From: an uncultured Pseudothermotoga sp.
GTDB taxonomy: Bacteria > Thermotogota > Thermotogae > Thermotogales > DSM-5069
NCBI GenBank assembly: GCA_937995655.1
Contig: CALKJI010000003.1
Coordinates: forward strand, 41,337 to 105,336
Length of the DNA: 64,000 nucleotides
Direction of reading: 5' to 3'
This document shows positions 1-14,529 of the stretch, in pieces; within the stretch, counting starts at the first letter, position 1, and every line of letters begins with the position of its first letter. The translations under genes were made by a program, and so were the position numbers. A model generated the notes under the pieces. The model was given only the letters and a program-made list of their open reading frames with translations, ran no database searches and was not told where the DNA came from.

Positions 1-657
1 ATCGATCTGGTTGTAGAAAAAGATGAAGTTATAGCCATTCTTGGCCCTTCTGGGTGCGGAAAAACCACAGTTTTGAAAGCTATTCTCGGCCTAGTACCCT
101 ACATGGGAAAAGTTCAGATCTTTTGCGAAGATCTTGGCTATATTCCACAGACTGACTCACTTTTTGATTGGTTGAACTGTTTGGACAATGTTGCACTACC
201 ACTGCTTTTGAAGGGTTTTTCAAAAAAAGTCGCAAGGCAAAGGGCTGGGAATTATTTGGAAAAAGTTGGACTTGAAGAATGGGCTCACCGGCCTGTTTAC
301 CAACTTTCCGGTGGTATGAGACAGAGGCTTTCGTTAGCCAGGGCACTGGTGAGTGGATCAAAGTTCTTGCTCGCTGACGAACCCTTCATATCGCTGGATG
401 CCCAGAACAGACGAAAACTGCAGATTTATTTCTCTGAGTTCTTGGAAAAAGAAAAAATCACCACAATCTTTGTGACTCACAGTGTGGAAGAGGCCGTATT
501 TCTAGCTGACAGAGTCGTCTTACTTTCAAGTAGGCCTGCAAAATTGGTGCAAATTCTCCCCGTTCAACTTCCTAAACCAAGGAGGGTGGAACATTTGTCC
601 GACCCCAAGTACCAAACCTTAGTCGCAACGATATACGAAAGGATCTTTCAAAGATGA
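1..657 (+). CDS. ABC transporter ATP-binding protein, nitrate/sulfonate/taurine (SsuB/TauB-like); 5'-truncated by window
   Basis: Frame is open from base 1. Walker A GPSGCGKT lies upstream of the track's TTG start; signature LSGGMRQR, Walker B LLADEPF, H-loop FVTH. Confidence 0.9.
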   Translation: MDLVVEKDEVIAILGPSGCGKTTVLKAILGLVPYMGKVQIFCEDLGYIPQTDSLFDWLNCLDNVALPLLLKGFSKKVARQRAGNYLEKVGLEEWAHRPVYQLSGGMRQRLSLARALVSGSKFLLADEPFISLDAQNRRKLQIYFSEFLEKEKITTIFVTHSVEEAVFLADRVVLLSSRPAKLVQILPVQLPKPRRVEHLSDPKYQTLVATIYERIFQR

Positions 658-738
658 GGTTTTCTCATATGAAAGAAAGCTTCTGCCCTTGTACTTTGTT
701 TCTAGACCAAACCGCGTAACTGCTTAGCTTTGAAGGTG

Positions 739-773
739 AAAAAATAGAGGATGGCCGGTAGGCCATCCTCTAT
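739..773 (-). terminator. Intrinsic terminator for the GHL10 gene
   Basis: 13-bp perfect stem ATAGAGGATGGCC-ggta-GGCCATCCTCTAT (744-773), followed by a T run on the minus strand. Confidence 0.8.
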
Positions 774-825
774 CAAAGACCCCTAGCCGGAGGCTTTTAC
801 GCAAGATACAGTAATTTTTCCCGTC

Positions 826-3800
826 TCATTTGACAGTAATAGTTATATATGTGGGAAGACTTTCTTGATGGGTTCTGTTCACGGCCGTAACCGCGTAGGT
901 ATAGGTCTTGCCTTTTGAAATGTCATAGTCCACATAGGACTGCCAAGCCGTTTCAGTTCTTCTTACAACGGTGACAATGTTTCTTGCATCATTAATGTCT
1001 GGCCTTTGTTCTCCTTCAGCTCGGTAGATAACATAATAAGAAGTATTCTTAGGTGTCTCGTCTTGCCAGAGAAGTTCTACACCTTGGGCCATTGATTTCA
1101 CTGTCAAATCGACCGGTTCAGTAGGTAAATGGCTATCCAACCAATCCATCTGTGGCACAAGGGCCGGATACTTGAAAAGTTCTTTCAGTCGGTCTGTAAC
1201 CCCCAACGGATTCTTCAATAGATGATTGGCTGAGAAGAAAACGCTGCCTTCCACGTCTTCAAAGTTTCTATTGTAAAGAACTTGGTTTGGAATTTGGTCC
1301 GGATCGAGCCAGTTAGGATCGTTGGTCCCCACGCGATATACACCATGACCGACGTACAGATGCACGTTCTTATCCACCACTTGCTTAAGCCACCAATCCA
1401 GCAGCTTTTCGTAAGCCGCGGGGGAATAATTAAAGTACCAATAAATCTGTGGTACTACGTAATCAATCCATTCGTTCAAGACCCATTTCCTCGTGTCGGC
1501 GTAAAGAGAATCGTAGCTCTGAAATCCATTCGTTTCCGATCCGTTTGGATCGCTTGATTTGTTGCGCCAAATTCCGAAAGGACTTATTCCAAACTTGACG
1601 TAAGGCTTTATTTCCTTTATCCTTTTGGAAAGTTCCTGGATCAATGTGTCAACGTTGTTCCTTCTCCAAGCGGCTTTGTTTTCAAACCCAGCACCGTACT
1701 TTTGATACAACTCTTCGTCTGGAAAATCTAAACCAGCCACCGGATAAGGATAGAAATAATCGTCGAAATGGATGGCATCGATGTTGTAGTTTTCGACAAC
1801 CTCGAGTATGGCTTTTACAATGTATTGTTGAACCTCTGGATGACCCGGATTGAACCAGAGTTTTCCACCATAGGACACAACCCAGTCGGGATTTAATTTT
1901 GCCGGATGATTGTCGATTAGACTGTCGAGTTTGGTATCCATACTTACACGGTATGGATTGATCCAGGCGTGGAACTCCATATTTCTCTTGTGAACCTCTT
2001 CAACCATAAAAGCCAGAGGATCGTAGCCGGGATCTTTGCCTTGTACTCCCGTAAGCCAATGTGACCACGGGAAGTACCTGGAAGGATAGAAAGAATCGGC
2101 AGTTGGTCTTATCTGAACTATAACAGCGTTGATTCCAATTTCTTTGAGCTGATCCAATATTTCAACAAAGTGTTCTTTTTGTTGTTCGGGATCGTAGACA
2201 TCTTTCTTGGGCCAGTCGATGTTCTCTACCGTGGCGATCCAAGCTGCTCTTAACTCTCTCTTAGGTGCTCCTGTTTCTCTATTGACGACAAGCACTTGAT
2301 TGGCTGTTTTACCAGAGTATGTTGCCCATATCACAGTGACACCGACAGATTTTGCCGTTACGACACCATTTTGGTCGATCTGTGCAACGTTTGGGTTGCT
2401 GCTTCTGAAAGTCGTTCCCTCTTTCAGCTCAATTCTTTGGTCCTCTTCACCCAATGTTTTGTAAACACCTATCACTTTCATCTGAAACTCCGTTCCCACC
2501 TTTGTTGTTTTCGACCCAGTTAATTCAATTTGCGACAACACTGGTATAGGTTTTATGACTAAGACTGTGCAGACGGCTTCAGCGCCCTTGTATTTTGCGA
2601 TTATCTTTGTTTCCCCTTCAGCCATAGTTTGAATGATGCCATCTTGATTGACTCTAAGGACTGTTGGGTCTTGAACGAGGAATTCTACCTCTCCTGTCAC
2701 TTCAATCCTCTGATCTTGTCCCTTGAACTTTGCGAAGACCTGCAAATTCCCCGTCGCACCTCTTTCAATCTTATCGGGGCAGTATATCTCAAGTGTCTCA
2801 ACCACTGGATCACCCTCCACTACCATGAGTTCAAAGGAGCCGGGTTCTGCATTAGGATAGAGTGCCACTATCGTTGTTCTACCAGGGTGCAAAGCGGTGA
2901 CGTTTCCATCACTATCAACAGAGGCAACACATGGGTTACTGCTCAGGTATGTGACTTTATCGCTGACAATTTCAGGAAACGCAGAGTTTTTTCGAGTGAC
3001 GGCGACCTTTGCTTTCTTTGTTTCTCCGACCCTCATTGGGGTCAATCCAAGGATATCCACACCGAAGACATCGGTATCGACATAGAACACGCTCAGGCGG
3101 TCGTAATAAACAAAACCACTATCTTTGTTCGTATCTTTTGTTTCGACGATGTATATATCCATTATCTTGAATGGCCCATTTTGTTCTTTTGGAATATCTG
3201 CTAGGACGTACCTCCAACCAGTCCAGTTGAAGTTGGTCGTTGTCGTTAAATCTACCGGGAACATTTTTCCCTCGTTGTTTCTCAACCTTATCCTGAGCCA
3301 ATGGTTATTCTGATTTCCATACACCCAAAGGCCGATCTTTTTTGGTTTGCCTGCTATTGACCTATCCAGGTTACCAGTCAGGATATCCCTAAGACTAAGG
3401 TATGTCGCGGTGGTCCCTGTAGTTCCTGCCATATCGTAGGTGAATTTAGCAGAATGTTCTCCATATAGCACTGGTTCAGGCCGTTTCACCAGTTGAATAG
3501 ATGCGGTTGCAGGGGAACTATTCGGCTGAGTAATCGTTCCAGTACTGAGTATAGCCTTCCCGCCGAGCTCTAAGGTTTCGAAATCCTCGATTACCTCAGA
3601 AATTCTGTTCCCCACAACGGCCAATGCCTTGGCAAAAACGCCGTTGTACTCCACCTCTATGTAACCGTACTTTAGCCCCTCTGTTGAGTGAGGTACTGTT
3701 AGCAAGCCATCTTGGGAAATCGTACCGATAACTTCTTCCGCGCGCCAAACCGCCTGCGCTGAGGGAATCTCTAAAAGGTTACCCTTTTCGTCATACACCC

Positions 3801-3984
3801 TCAAAGAAAACCGCATCTGTTCGCCCGGTAAAAGTCTTACGTAATTAGGCACAATTTCAAGAGCAAAACAAGGTGTCTTTGAGGCATTGGAAGAAGCCTG
3901 CAAAGATCCTGACCAAAGTAACACGACCACAATGAGAAAGAGACTCCGAAAAACCCAGAATTTCTTAGAACCCGACTTTGCCAT
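826..3984 (-). CDS. Secreted multidomain glycoside hydrolase-like family 10 (GHL10/DUF187, YddW/DigH-like) protein with CBM-like, Ig-like (Big_2) and C-terminal FN3 domains
   Basis: Signal peptide; ELRAAWIATVENIDWP, EFHAWINPYR, AIHFDDYFYPY and WIDYVVPQIYW motifs; repeated SSNP.VA.VD..G.VTA Ig units; FN3-like end (YTYAVTAVN). Confidence 0.85.
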   Translation of the reverse strand: MAKSGSKKFWVFRSLFLIVVVLLWSGSLQASSNASKTPCFALEIVPNYVRLLPGEQMRFSLRVYDEKGNLLEIPSAQAVWRAEEVIGTISQDGLLTVPHSTEGLKYGYIEVEYNGVFAKALAVVGNRISEVIEDFETLELGGKAILSTGTITQPNSSPATASIQLVKRPEPVLYGEHSAKFTYDMAGTTGTTATYLSLRDILTGNLDRSIAGKPKKIGLWVYGNQNNHWLRIRLRNNEGKMFPVDLTTTTNFNWTGWRYVLADIPKEQNGPFKIMDIYIVETKDTNKDSGFVYYDRLSVFYVDTDVFGVDILGLTPMRVGETKKAKVAVTRKNSAFPEIVSDKVTYLSSNPCVASVDSDGNVTALHPGRTTIVALYPNAEPGSFELMVVEGDPVVETLEIYCPDKIERGATGNLQVFAKFKGQDQRIEVTGEVEFLVQDPTVLRVNQDGIIQTMAEGETKIIAKYKGAEAVCTVLVIKPIPVLSQIELTGSKTTKVGTEFQMKVIGVYKTLGEEDQRIELKEGTTFRSSNPNVAQIDQNGVVTAKSVGVTVIWATYSGKTANQVLVVNRETGAPKRELRAAWIATVENIDWPKKDVYDPEQQKEHFVEILDQLKEIGINAVIVQIRPTADSFYPSRYFPWSHWLTGVQGKDPGYDPLAFMVEEVHKRNMEFHAWINPYRVSMDTKLDSLIDNHPAKLNPDWVVSYGGKLWFNPGHPEVQQYIVKAILEVVENYNIDAIHFDDYFYPYPVAGLDFPDEELYQKYGAGFENKAAWRRNNVDTLIQELSKRIKEIKPYVKFGISPFGIWRNKSSDPNGSETNGFQSYDSLYADTRKWVLNEWIDYVVPQIYWYFNYSPAAYEKLLDWWLKQVVDKNVHLYVGHGVYRVGTNDPNWLDPDQIPNQVLYNRNFEDVEGSVFFSANHLLKNPLGVTDRLKELFKYPALVPQMDWLDSHLPTEPVDLTVKSMAQGVELLWQDETPKNTSYYVIYRAEGEQRPDINDARNIVTVVRRTETAWQSYVDYDISKGKTYTYAVTAVNRTHQESLPTYITITVK

Positions 3985-4232
3985 GGTACCTTTTCCTCCC
4001 TTCGAAAACAGTGGTGAGATTTGATCAAAAAATCCTTGCAGACCTTAGAATCGTTACTCCACAAGATCCATGAGCACCCCTCCCACTCTTCTTTCGTTCG
4101 GCCGTTCATAAGATAGAACAAGATCTGATAAGCTCGAAACTTAGCTCCTTCAGTTGATATCTAACGTTTCTATCCATTTCTCTATGGATTTATATGTATG
4201 TGATATCAATATTTATATACATTTTGCATTTT

Positions 4233-4263
4233 GTATTATACTATATACATTTGCTCAGACAAA
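4233..4263 (-). promoter_or_regulatory. Putative sigma70 promoter of the GHL10 gene, overlapped by TGTATATA-type boxes
   Basis: Minus strand TTGTCT-16 nt-TATAAT; near-palindromic ATGTATATA(C)AT-like boxes at 4211-4222 and 4239-4250. Confidence 0.45.
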
Positions 4264-5193
4264 AACCGATCACAAAACGTGCCAATGGCCTTTGACGGAT
4301 TCGAAGTACTCAACTTGTTTTTTTGAATTTCGTACTGGGAAAATATGTTGTCCCCTGTAGAAAGGTCACAACCCACGACACAGGATGAGTAACGTACCAA
4401 ACAAAACGCCAAGTGAACTCCCAGTCGCATTTTAGAAAATACTTACAGCGCACTTTCTAAAGGGGCCGTCAGCCGAAAGCAAAAGTTACAAATTCAAGCC
4501 TACTGCGCGACCAACCTTACTGCCATGAATTAACATGAAAATGCAAGGGACATCAACCAAAAAGAAACAAGTGTAAGTAGACCGTCGAAGTCAACTACAA
4601 ATGAAAATATAGTAAACGGCTCTTTCTCAACCTTAAAGGAAAAAGAAAAATGACACCAAAGAACCATAAATGCCACTCATGCCATCGATCTCTCCTCTTA
4701 CTATTTTGAAAAAATCTCAATAGCTTTTGAAACGCTGAAATAGGAAGTTCTCTACTTTACCGTTCAGAAAACCCACCCCTCCTCTCCCTATCCCCAATTC
4801 CATCGTGATATCATCGCCTTTCATTATCACCAAATGCGGCAAAACCAATTGGTGTTATTTCCAAGAAAGAATCATTACAAATTACTGTCAAGAAAATCTA
4901 ACTGCAGCTTGATTTTGTGTAAATCTTCATCACTTGTTTCACCTAATGTCCCATTGATTCTGTCGCGACACTCAATGTCGCAAACTAGATTTTGAATTTT
5001 CCGAGCAAAATATAATGTCACTAAAGATACAGACGAACTTATCGGAAAACTTGCTCCTGTGGCCGTGTTAGCATATTACAGCCACAAAACACCAAAGCGT
5101 GAAGCAAAGATTTTGGACAAAGAAAAGATCATGGTTAGATAACTGTGTATTTCTCTAAGAACCAAGAATTTCCAATGCAATGGCACTGAAACT

Positions 5194-6372
5194 TTAGACC
5201 TTAACAGAGGAATAATTTCTTTTCATCCAAATAAGCGCCGGCATCGAAACAACAAGACTACTCATTGCTAAGATAGCAGATATGACAAACACCCAACGGT
5301 ATCCGATTCTTGTTGCAACGTAAGCAGAAACCACTGGAATAAAGATTCTACTGAATATATTCAAGCCTTGAAAAAATCCTTCCCAACGTCCAAGTTCCCT
5401 TGGCGCTATGTGTACTTTAATAGTCTCTCTAGCTGGCAACCAAAGTATAAAACCGACTCCCATAATCACGTGTGAAATAAAGAATATGTAGATATTGGGG
5501 ATCAGCCACAGAAGAAAAGTTGAAGCAATCAACATGATACCTATGGCAAAATTCACAGATGGATGGTTCTTAATGAACTTCTTCCAAAAAATTGATGATG
5601 CAACCGATCCAGAAAAGATCAGCTCAAAAAGGAAAGGCGACGAACCACCAAGTTTGAAATAATCGATCAGATAATAAGAAATCACAAGAAAGCTCGTAAA
5701 GTTGAAAGCAGTGTTAGATAGATACTGATGAAACATGATAGAAAGAAAGGTGCGAAGATTGGTGCTCGCCACAACGTGACCTTCGGCTACCTGCATTCCA
5801 TTATCTATCCTTGGCAGTATCTTTAAGTAAGAGAATGCGTAAAAGACATTCACACAAAAAACCATGAAAAATACAGCCCTGAGAAATCCTTGCCCACTCA
5901 TGAAAGGAGCAAGCAAGAAAACAAAGACAAAATAGGATAGAGTTTTTAGAAATTCGGTCATGAAGAATTCATAGGAGTATATGCTTTCTCTGTATTTGGG
6001 AGTGAAAATAGCCCGTTCGTACATGACTTGGCACGGATAAAAAATGTCAGTAAAACTCAAAAACATCTGTGCTATGGCAAAGGTCCACAGACCTTTTGAA
6101 AGGGCAAAGATTAAAGATCCAATCGCAAATGAAGTCCTTGCAAAGAACAGTCCATAGTTGACCGATATACCTTCAAATCTCTTGCCAAACGTGTAAGCCA
6201 AGATCGCCTGCACGATATAGGAAATACTGAACAACCACCCCAGGCTCTCCATGGAAATATTCGTCAGTTTTCCAAGGGTTGGAGCAGCAATGATTGAAGA
6301 AAAAGAAAAACCAGATATACCTATGAACAGAAGATATTTTCTGATATTCTTGTCCAGATCTTCCCAGCGCAT
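5194..6372 (-). CDS. MFS transporter
   Basis: 392 aa with about 12 hydrophobic segments in two halves; MFS-like loops (GKRFEG, RELGRWEG). Confidence 0.8.
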   Translation of the reverse strand: MRWEDLDKNIRKYLLFIGISGFSFSSIIAAPTLGKLTNISMESLGWLFSISYIVQAILAYTFGKRFEGISVNYGLFFARTSFAIGSLIFALSKGLWTFAIAQMFLSFTDIFYPCQVMYERAIFTPKYRESIYSYEFFMTEFLKTLSYFVFVFLLAPFMSGQGFLRAVFFMVFCVNVFYAFSYLKILPRIDNGMQVAEGHVVASTNLRTFLSIMFHQYLSNTAFNFTSFLVISYYLIDYFKLGGSSPFLFELIFSGSVASSIFWKKFIKNHPSVNFAIGIMLIASTFLLWLIPNIYIFFISHVIMGVGFILWLPARETIKVHIAPRELGRWEGFFQGLNIFSRIFIPVVSAYVATRIGYRWVFVISAILAMSSLVVSMPALIWMKRNYSSVKV

Positions 6373-6487
6373 TCTATCACCATAAAAAGTTTATATTACT
6401 AACTTTACTATTTCACTAGAGTCTCTTCAGTTCACCAACCTGTAATTTTTGATTAATCAGGCTTTCTTTCTCTTCGAAGAATTTTCA

Positions 6488-6537
6488 TTGACTAAAGAAG
6501 AATAAACATGGTAAGATAATTGTGAAATAAATAACGA
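6488..6537 (+). promoter_or_regulatory. Promoter of the hydrogenase operon with a Rex-box-like operator
   Basis: TTGACT(6488)-18 nt-TAAGAT(6512) with extended TG. TTGTGAA-ATAA-ATAACGA (6520-6537) matches 11/14 of TTGTGAANNNNTTCACAA, and rex lies in this operon. Confidence 0.55.
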
Positions 6538-6563
6538 TAAAAATATCACGATTGGGTGATCGC

Positions 6564-6806
6564 ATGTTAGTGAGAGTCTGTATGGGAAGCTCTTGCCATC
6601 TGAAAAATTCATACAGAGTAGTTCAGAAGCTTGAAGAACTCAGAAAAACCTTTCCAGATATCTCCATATACGGGTCGCTGTGTTTTGGACATTGTTCAGA
6701 AGGGGTTTGTGTCCAGATAGACGGAAAGATTCACAAAGGTGTCACCGAGAAAAACATTGAAAAAATAATCCTGGAGGCGAAAAATGAGTCTAATTATCTC
6801 CAATGA
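6564..6806 (+). CDS. Thioredoxin-like [2Fe-2S] ferredoxin (HfsA/NuoE-like)
   Basis: VCMGSSC...GSLCFGHC four-Cys pattern; ATG at 6564 preferred over the TTG at 6552. Confidence 0.85.
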   Translation: MLVRVCMGSSCHLKNSYRVVQKLEELRKTFPDISIYGSLCFGHCSEGVCVQIDGKIHKGVTEKNIEKIILEAKNESNYLQ

Positions 6807-8391
6807 AGCAAGTTGTATGTACTGCTATAAATGCTTGAGAAACTGTCCTGTCAAAGCACTCAGCTTCAACGATGGCAAAACAAAGATCATAGAAGAAGAG
6901 TGCATAGAGTGCGGGACCTGTATCTTGGTCTGTCCGCAAAAGGCCAAGAGTTATACAAAAAACCTTCCGAACTTTGAACAACTCCTTGGAAAACCTTTCC
7001 TTGTATCGATTGCTCCATCGTTTTTTGCACACTACGATCAACCCTACAAGATCATATCTTTACTAAAAAGGCTGGGTGCAATGATTGTCCAAGAGACCTC
7101 ACTTGGAGCAGAACTGGTTTCCCGAGAATATACCAAAGATTTTTCCAAAGGTAAAACTGTCATCACAACGGCATGCCCTGTGGTCGTCAACTTGGCCCAA
7201 AAGTACTATCCCAACGTATTGGATCACCTTGCACCGCACCTATCTCCAATGGCTGCTCATTCGATATTTATGAAAAACCGCTATGGTGATTTTCCCATCG
7301 TCTTCATAGGGCCCTGTATAGCAAAGAAAGGCGAAGAATCAAAGGTAGATCTCGTATTGACCTTCGAAGAATTAGATGAGTTTATACAAGAAAATAAACT
7401 CAAAGTCGAGGAATTAGATGACCAATTGCCAACCAATCCCTATCCAGATAGAGCAAGGATGTATCCAACGTCAGGTGGAATAAATCATACTGTCAACGGT
7501 GAATGGAAAAATCATATTTTGGTGGAAGGTTTGGAAAATATTTCCAGGATATTTTCACAGATAGAAGACATGAACTATGATTTTTTCATCGAAGCTTCTG
7601 CCTGCGTAGGTAGCTGTATCAATGGCCCAGCTATCAGAAAGGATATCAGTGTACTGGAAAAAAGAAAAAGAATCATGGACCACATGGAAAAGATGAAGAC
7701 AATACAGAGAGCAACTGATATGGGAAGCTTATACCCCACACTGAATCTTTCACGAACCTTTCATAACAAGCATATATCGATCATGGCCAATCAAGAACAG
7801 ATCCAAGAGGTTTTGAAGTCCCTTGGAAAAGACGACCCAAAAAAACAACTCAACTGCAGTGCCTGTGGTTACGAAACCTGCAAGGATAAAGCCGCCGCCG
7901 TCGTACTCAAAAGAGCCGAAAAAGAAATGTGCGTGACTTACCTTGTAGATAAATTGAAAGCGGCTACAAACAGGGTTGTGGAAGAATCACCCAATGCAAT
8001 AATCATTTATAAAAATGGTTCTATCTTGTACAAAAACAAAGCCGCCGAACAAATTCTCTGGAATGTACCACAACAACAGATTGCCGATTTTCTAAAACAG
8101 ATAGCATCACACCCCAATCAGATCTATGAAATTCAAAACAAAGGTTCTTTTTTCATAAAAACCTTCAGATTGCCCCAGGATGCAAGTGAAGTTCTACTCA
8201 TGGTTGATATGACAAAAGAAAGGCAGCAGGAAGAGAGATTGAAAATCATCAAACAAGAGACACTAAACAAAATCGAACAGATGCTTTCAAAGCAGATGAG
8301 AATCGCTCAGGAGATCGCAAGCCTTTTGGGCGAATCCATCGCCGAGACAAAGAGTCATTTTGTAGAACTTAGAAAGTTTATGGAGGAATGA
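6784..8391 (+). CDS. hydS: Sensory [FeFe]-hydrogenase with C-terminal FeS and PAS domains (group C, HydS/HfsB)
   Basis: N-terminal 2x[4Fe-4S]; altered H-cluster motifs TTACPVV, GPCIAKKGE, EASACVGSCING; LNCSACGYETC FeS motif; PAS-like segment (ESPNAIII) and helical tail. Confidence 0.9.
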   Translation: MSLIISNEASCMYCYKCLRNCPVKALSFNDGKTKIIEEECIECGTCILVCPQKAKSYTKNLPNFEQLLGKPFLVSIAPSFFAHYDQPYKIISLLKRLGAMIVQETSLGAELVSREYTKDFSKGKTVITTACPVVVNLAQKYYPNVLDHLAPHLSPMAAHSIFMKNRYGDFPIVFIGPCIAKKGEESKVDLVLTFEELDEFIQENKLKVEELDDQLPTNPYPDRARMYPTSGGINHTVNGEWKNHILVEGLENISRIFSQIEDMNYDFFIEASACVGSCINGPAIRKDISVLEKRKRIMDHMEKMKTIQRATDMGSLYPTLNLSRTFHNKHISIMANQEQIQEVLKSLGKDDPKKQLNCSACGYETCKDKAAAVVLKRAEKEMCVTYLVDKLKAATNRVVEESPNAIIIYKNGSILYKNKAAEQILWNVPQQQIADFLKQIASHPNQIYEIQNKGSFFIKTFRLPQDASEVLLMVDMTKERQQEERLKIIKQETLNKIEQMLSKQMRIAQEIASLLGESIAETKSHFVELRKFMEE

Positions 8392-8392
8392 G

Positions 8393-9532
8393 ATGCTCAC
8401 CTGTCAAATAGATTTTGCAAAGAAGAACAAGCAGGGAGAAGAAATCTGTGGCGATTCCATACAGGTCAAGAGAGACGAAAAAAGATTTGTCGCGAGTATT
8501 TCCGATGGCCTTGGAAGCGGTGTGAAGGCAAGTATTCTTTCAACTCTCACTACTTCAATGGCAACTACAATGCTTTTCAACGGCGTACCAATCAACGAGG
8601 TATTCTCTTCAATACTTGCCACTCTGCCGATCTGCAAGGTGAGAGGTATAAGTTATGCAAATCTGTGTTCTGTGATATTCAACGCCGATGAAAATACTTG
8701 TTCAATAGTTGAATATGAATTTCCCGTTACGCTCTATTTCAGAAACAAAGAACTTTTCAATCTTGAAAAGAGAATAACTGTTGTCGAATCTAAAGAGATT
8801 TCAGTAAGCGAGATAACTCCCCGCGAAGGTGATTTGATTTTCATCATGACCGATGGTGTATCACAAGCTGGAATGGGAACAGAATACTTCCCACTGGGCT
8901 TTGGTGTGAAAAACATCATTCGGGAGATAACAGTACTTTTGCAGAGAAACATAAGCCCAAGGAGCATCGTAGAGCACTTGATCAAATTAGCGAGACGACT
9001 TGACAGAGAAACCCGTGGCGATGACGCCCTTGTCAGTGTAGTTCAATTCAAAACTTTGCAGCTGATAAATCTTTTTGTGGGTCCACCACAGGACAGATCG
9101 AAGGATGAAGAATTGGTCAGAATTTTCATGAATCAAGAAGGTAAAAAGGTTATATGCGGTGGCACCACCGCTCAGATCTTTGAAAGAATTCTCAAGAAGA
9201 AAGTCGAACTCGATCTTCGTTCCTTTTCCGAGGACCTTCCACCTGTTGGAAAGATGGATGGAATAGATCTGGTCACAGAGGGTATAGTTACTCTAACGCA
9301 TCTCTTTAGATACCTGAATAACCAGCAACAACATCTACCATATGGTGCAAGCCTGTTAGCAGATATGTTACTCGAAGCAGACCAAGTGAACTTTTTCGTT
9401 GGAAGGGCTATCAATCCTGCACATCAAAATCCACTCTTCAGTCATGACATCTCACTAAAATTCAGATTAATCCACGATATAGCTCAAATTCTCAGGCAGG
9501 GCGGAAAGATCGTGAATTTGGAATATTGCTGA
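8393..9532 (+). CDS. SpoIIE/PP2C-family Ser/Thr protein phosphatase (HfsC-like)
   Basis: CGD, SDGLGSGVKA, MTDGV and GDDA metal-binding motifs; C-terminal VICGGTTA domain typical of hydrogenase-linked phosphatases. Confidence 0.88.
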   Translation: MLTCQIDFAKKNKQGEEICGDSIQVKRDEKRFVASISDGLGSGVKASILSTLTTSMATTMLFNGVPINEVFSSILATLPICKVRGISYANLCSVIFNADENTCSIVEYEFPVTLYFRNKELFNLEKRITVVESKEISVSEITPREGDLIFIMTDGVSQAGMGTEYFPLGFGVKNIIREITVLLQRNISPRSIVEHLIKLARRLDRETRGDDALVSVVQFKTLQLINLFVGPPQDRSKDEELVRIFMNQEGKKVICGGTTAQIFERILKKKVELDLRSFSEDLPPVGKMDGIDLVTEGIVTLTHLFRYLNNQQQHLPYGASLLADMLLEADQVNFFVGRAINPAHQNPLFSHDISLKFRLIHDIAQILRQGGKIVNLEYC

Positions 9533-14523
<4,991 letters not shown>

Positions 14524-14529
14524 CCAAAA

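Noticed and set aside
2629-3204. 191-aa antisense ORF and the many other short shadow ORFs (e.g. 55103-55603, 62957-63529)
   Set aside because: They lie inside or opposite well-supported genes, lack SD and motifs, and have atypical composition.
4000-4500. c-di-AMP, c-di-GMP, glycine, ZTP or fluoride riboswitch upstream of GHL10
   Set aside because: Only short coincidental words (GCCGTCAGC on the wrong strand, CTGAAGGAG, GCGACTGG); the required consensus architecture is absent.
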